Source of the DNA: Glycera tridactyla
Lineage: Eukaryota
NCBI GenBank assembly: GCA_965644265.1
Contig: OZ286469.1
Span: 70,246,001-70,310,000 of the forward strand
Direction of reading: 5' to 3'
Length of the DNA stretch: 64,000 nucleotides
Positions 61,941 through 64,000 of this stretch are shown here, piece by piece; position 1 is the first letter of the stretch; each line of letters opens with the position of its first letter. The notes beneath the pieces were generated by a model. That model was given only the letters and a program-made list of their open reading frames with translations, did no database searches and was not told the DNA's origin. Position numbers and translations under genes: made by a program.

Positions 61941-62942
61941 CTGTTATGCAGGGATGAATAGAAGGCTCATAATTTTGAAAAATGACCCATAGTATCTCTA
62001 ATTCTTGGGCCACATGGGCCCACTAAACTGTCATAAATCTGGAGGTCTGATGTGACATATGCTTATGGTATATCAATCATCCAATATAGTGGGCCCTGGA
62101 TATAGAACAAAAGAACGGACATATCAATTACACACACCTCTCACCTTCGCAGCTGTATCCAGGATATACTATTTCCAGTAGTCAGTTTACACCTTATACA
62201 AACTTGCTTCAGAGTGCAGAGGCCACTCAGGGGAGTGACCACCATCATATTTTCCACAGTAAACAACATCTCTACAACTACCATCTATCTAAAAAAAAAA
62301 AATCTGAAGCAACCAAGGGCAGTCTTTGTAGGCATGCTTGACTAAAGTCAAACTTGTCCCAGTCAAAATTTGTATTAAGCAACAAGTTTCTGTTCACCCC
62401 ACCAGAGTAATTTTCACTATAATTGATTCTTACTAAGCATGTACAGTTGAACCTGTCTATTAAAGCCACCTCAGGCGCATAAAAAAGTGGCCTCTATAGA
62501 CGTCATTCACTGTTCAAAATATTATCACGGTTGCAGCTCAGGGTGGTCCACTGTCAGGTACTGATACCAGTATTATATTGACCTAAAACAACCATGTTGA
62601 AAGTTTGGGTAACAATATAGAAAAGTGAAAATGATTTTGACCAATCCTTGGGCGGTTTGGCTAAACCCGCATCTGTTTTGTGGATCAAAAGATTATCCCC
62701 ACACACAGACTGAGTTCTGGAAACAGTCAGTTCAACACTAAGTTGTGTGGAGTTGAGACTGGTATTCATGATAATACTGATTAATTTGGGAATGACAGTT
62801 TCAGCACAGCACTCTGTAAATAGAGCTATCATAGTCTTGAATACTCATTAAAAAACAAACAAATACAGATACTCTTAATGCATGCACCGATGAAGAGAGA
62901 CCATCATACCAGAACTAACATGCACCTAGGATCATGCCTGCA

Positions 62943-63072
62943 NNNNNNNNNNNNNNNNNNNNNNNNNNNNNNNNNNNNNNNNNNNNNNNNNNNNNNNNNN
63001 NNNNNNNNNNNNNNNNNNNNNNNNNNNNNNNNNNNNNNNNNNNNNNNNNNNNNNNNNNNNNNNNNNNNNNNN
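62943..63072. other. Assembly gap (130 N)
   Basis: Run of N. Confidence 1.
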
Positions 63073-64000
63073 CCATCGCCAAATGACTCCTTGGGGGTTT
63101 GTCACATTCACAAATGTTTCTCTTCCTACCGTGGACCACAAATGTTGCCATTACTAATCACCTTCCTGTGCCTTTTGCAGAATAAGCACAATCTACATTA
63201 ACAATGACAAACCAACCAAGCAACTGAACAGCTGGCCAAACAACCAACCCACACAACCACCCGACCACATCCACCAATACCATGCTTTTTCAAGAACAAT
63301 AACTCAGGATGGGGTACTCTGAATGGTTCAGTGGGAGTATCGACACATCAGGGGCAATCTACCATACTAAACAAAGAAATACCAAGTAGGTCTGTGACCA
63401 CAATATTCTACATATAATAGCAGCAAAAGCTTGGTAAATTTTATTGCTTTAAAGTGCTATGAAAAACTAGAATTGGCATTATTCTCCAAGTAATGTGAAA
63501 CTATATAGGTGAGGGCTTTCATGTGCAATAGAAAAATCTGTGAATGAGGTAACCATCAAGTACTATAAAAACTGAATATAAGAGTCTCCAACTGCCATGA
63601 TAAACCATACATACAAGTCTTGAACAACAGAAAACTATTCACGCATTGTCGTCAAATGATGTGAAAAAATTATATGCAAGTTTTCTGGTGCTGTGGAAAA
63701 AGTGAAGACACAATAGTGATTAAGTGCTATAAAGATCAATATATGAGAGTCCTCAAGTACCATCTGAGCCTTGCACACAAGGGTCTATGAAAAACTAAGA
63801 AATCTCCAGTCTGACCCATACTCTGATTAGCTTCTTGTCTGAGGTCAGATTGCTCAAAATATTCACAAAAATGCCACTTTCATCAATTGATCTTGAACTA
63901 AAGGATCAAATCTGAGGCAAGTTCTCAATATGGAATCTCTGCTGAATGGACTGACCAGATGTTGTCATGGTCTTAGCAGATTTTCCAAGAAATTTTGACC

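Overview
Eukaryotic (animal) genomic DNA, probably a marine invertebrate, with three N-gaps (13438-13585, 49018-49199, 62943-63072). It contains two convergent, intron-rich host genes, both lacking their 5' ends in this window. The first is a + strand coiled-coil gene: 15 phase-compatible exons (2751-46108, 641 aa plus stop) resembling the EVC/EVC2 (limbin) ciliary Hedgehog family. The second is a - strand SLC24/NCKX K+-dependent Na+/Ca2+ exchanger: 5 exons (61940-55295), close to Drosophila CG1090, with an intronic tRNA-Thr(UGU). Almost everything else is mobile DNA: the 3' part of a DIRS1 tyrosine-recombinase retrotransposon (one frameshift, intact YR, ICR/ITR end); a 5'-truncated CR1/L2-type LINE carrying a hAT MITE; many TA-flanked Tc1/mariner-type MITEs; MetaSINE copies; and at least five Helentron-type non-autonomous elements. 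One of these spans 4.9 kb and carries a (TGG)n/CCATGG satellite plus two nested TIR elements with unusual 6-bp target duplications. Also present are two hairpin-headed elements of shared but unassigned architecture, a near-identical 1812-bp tandem duplication, and several intronic stretches that may be decayed coding DNA of an unidentified large element (weak evidence). No CRISPR array or rRNA was seen. All family assignments rest on motifs recalled from memory; no database search was run.
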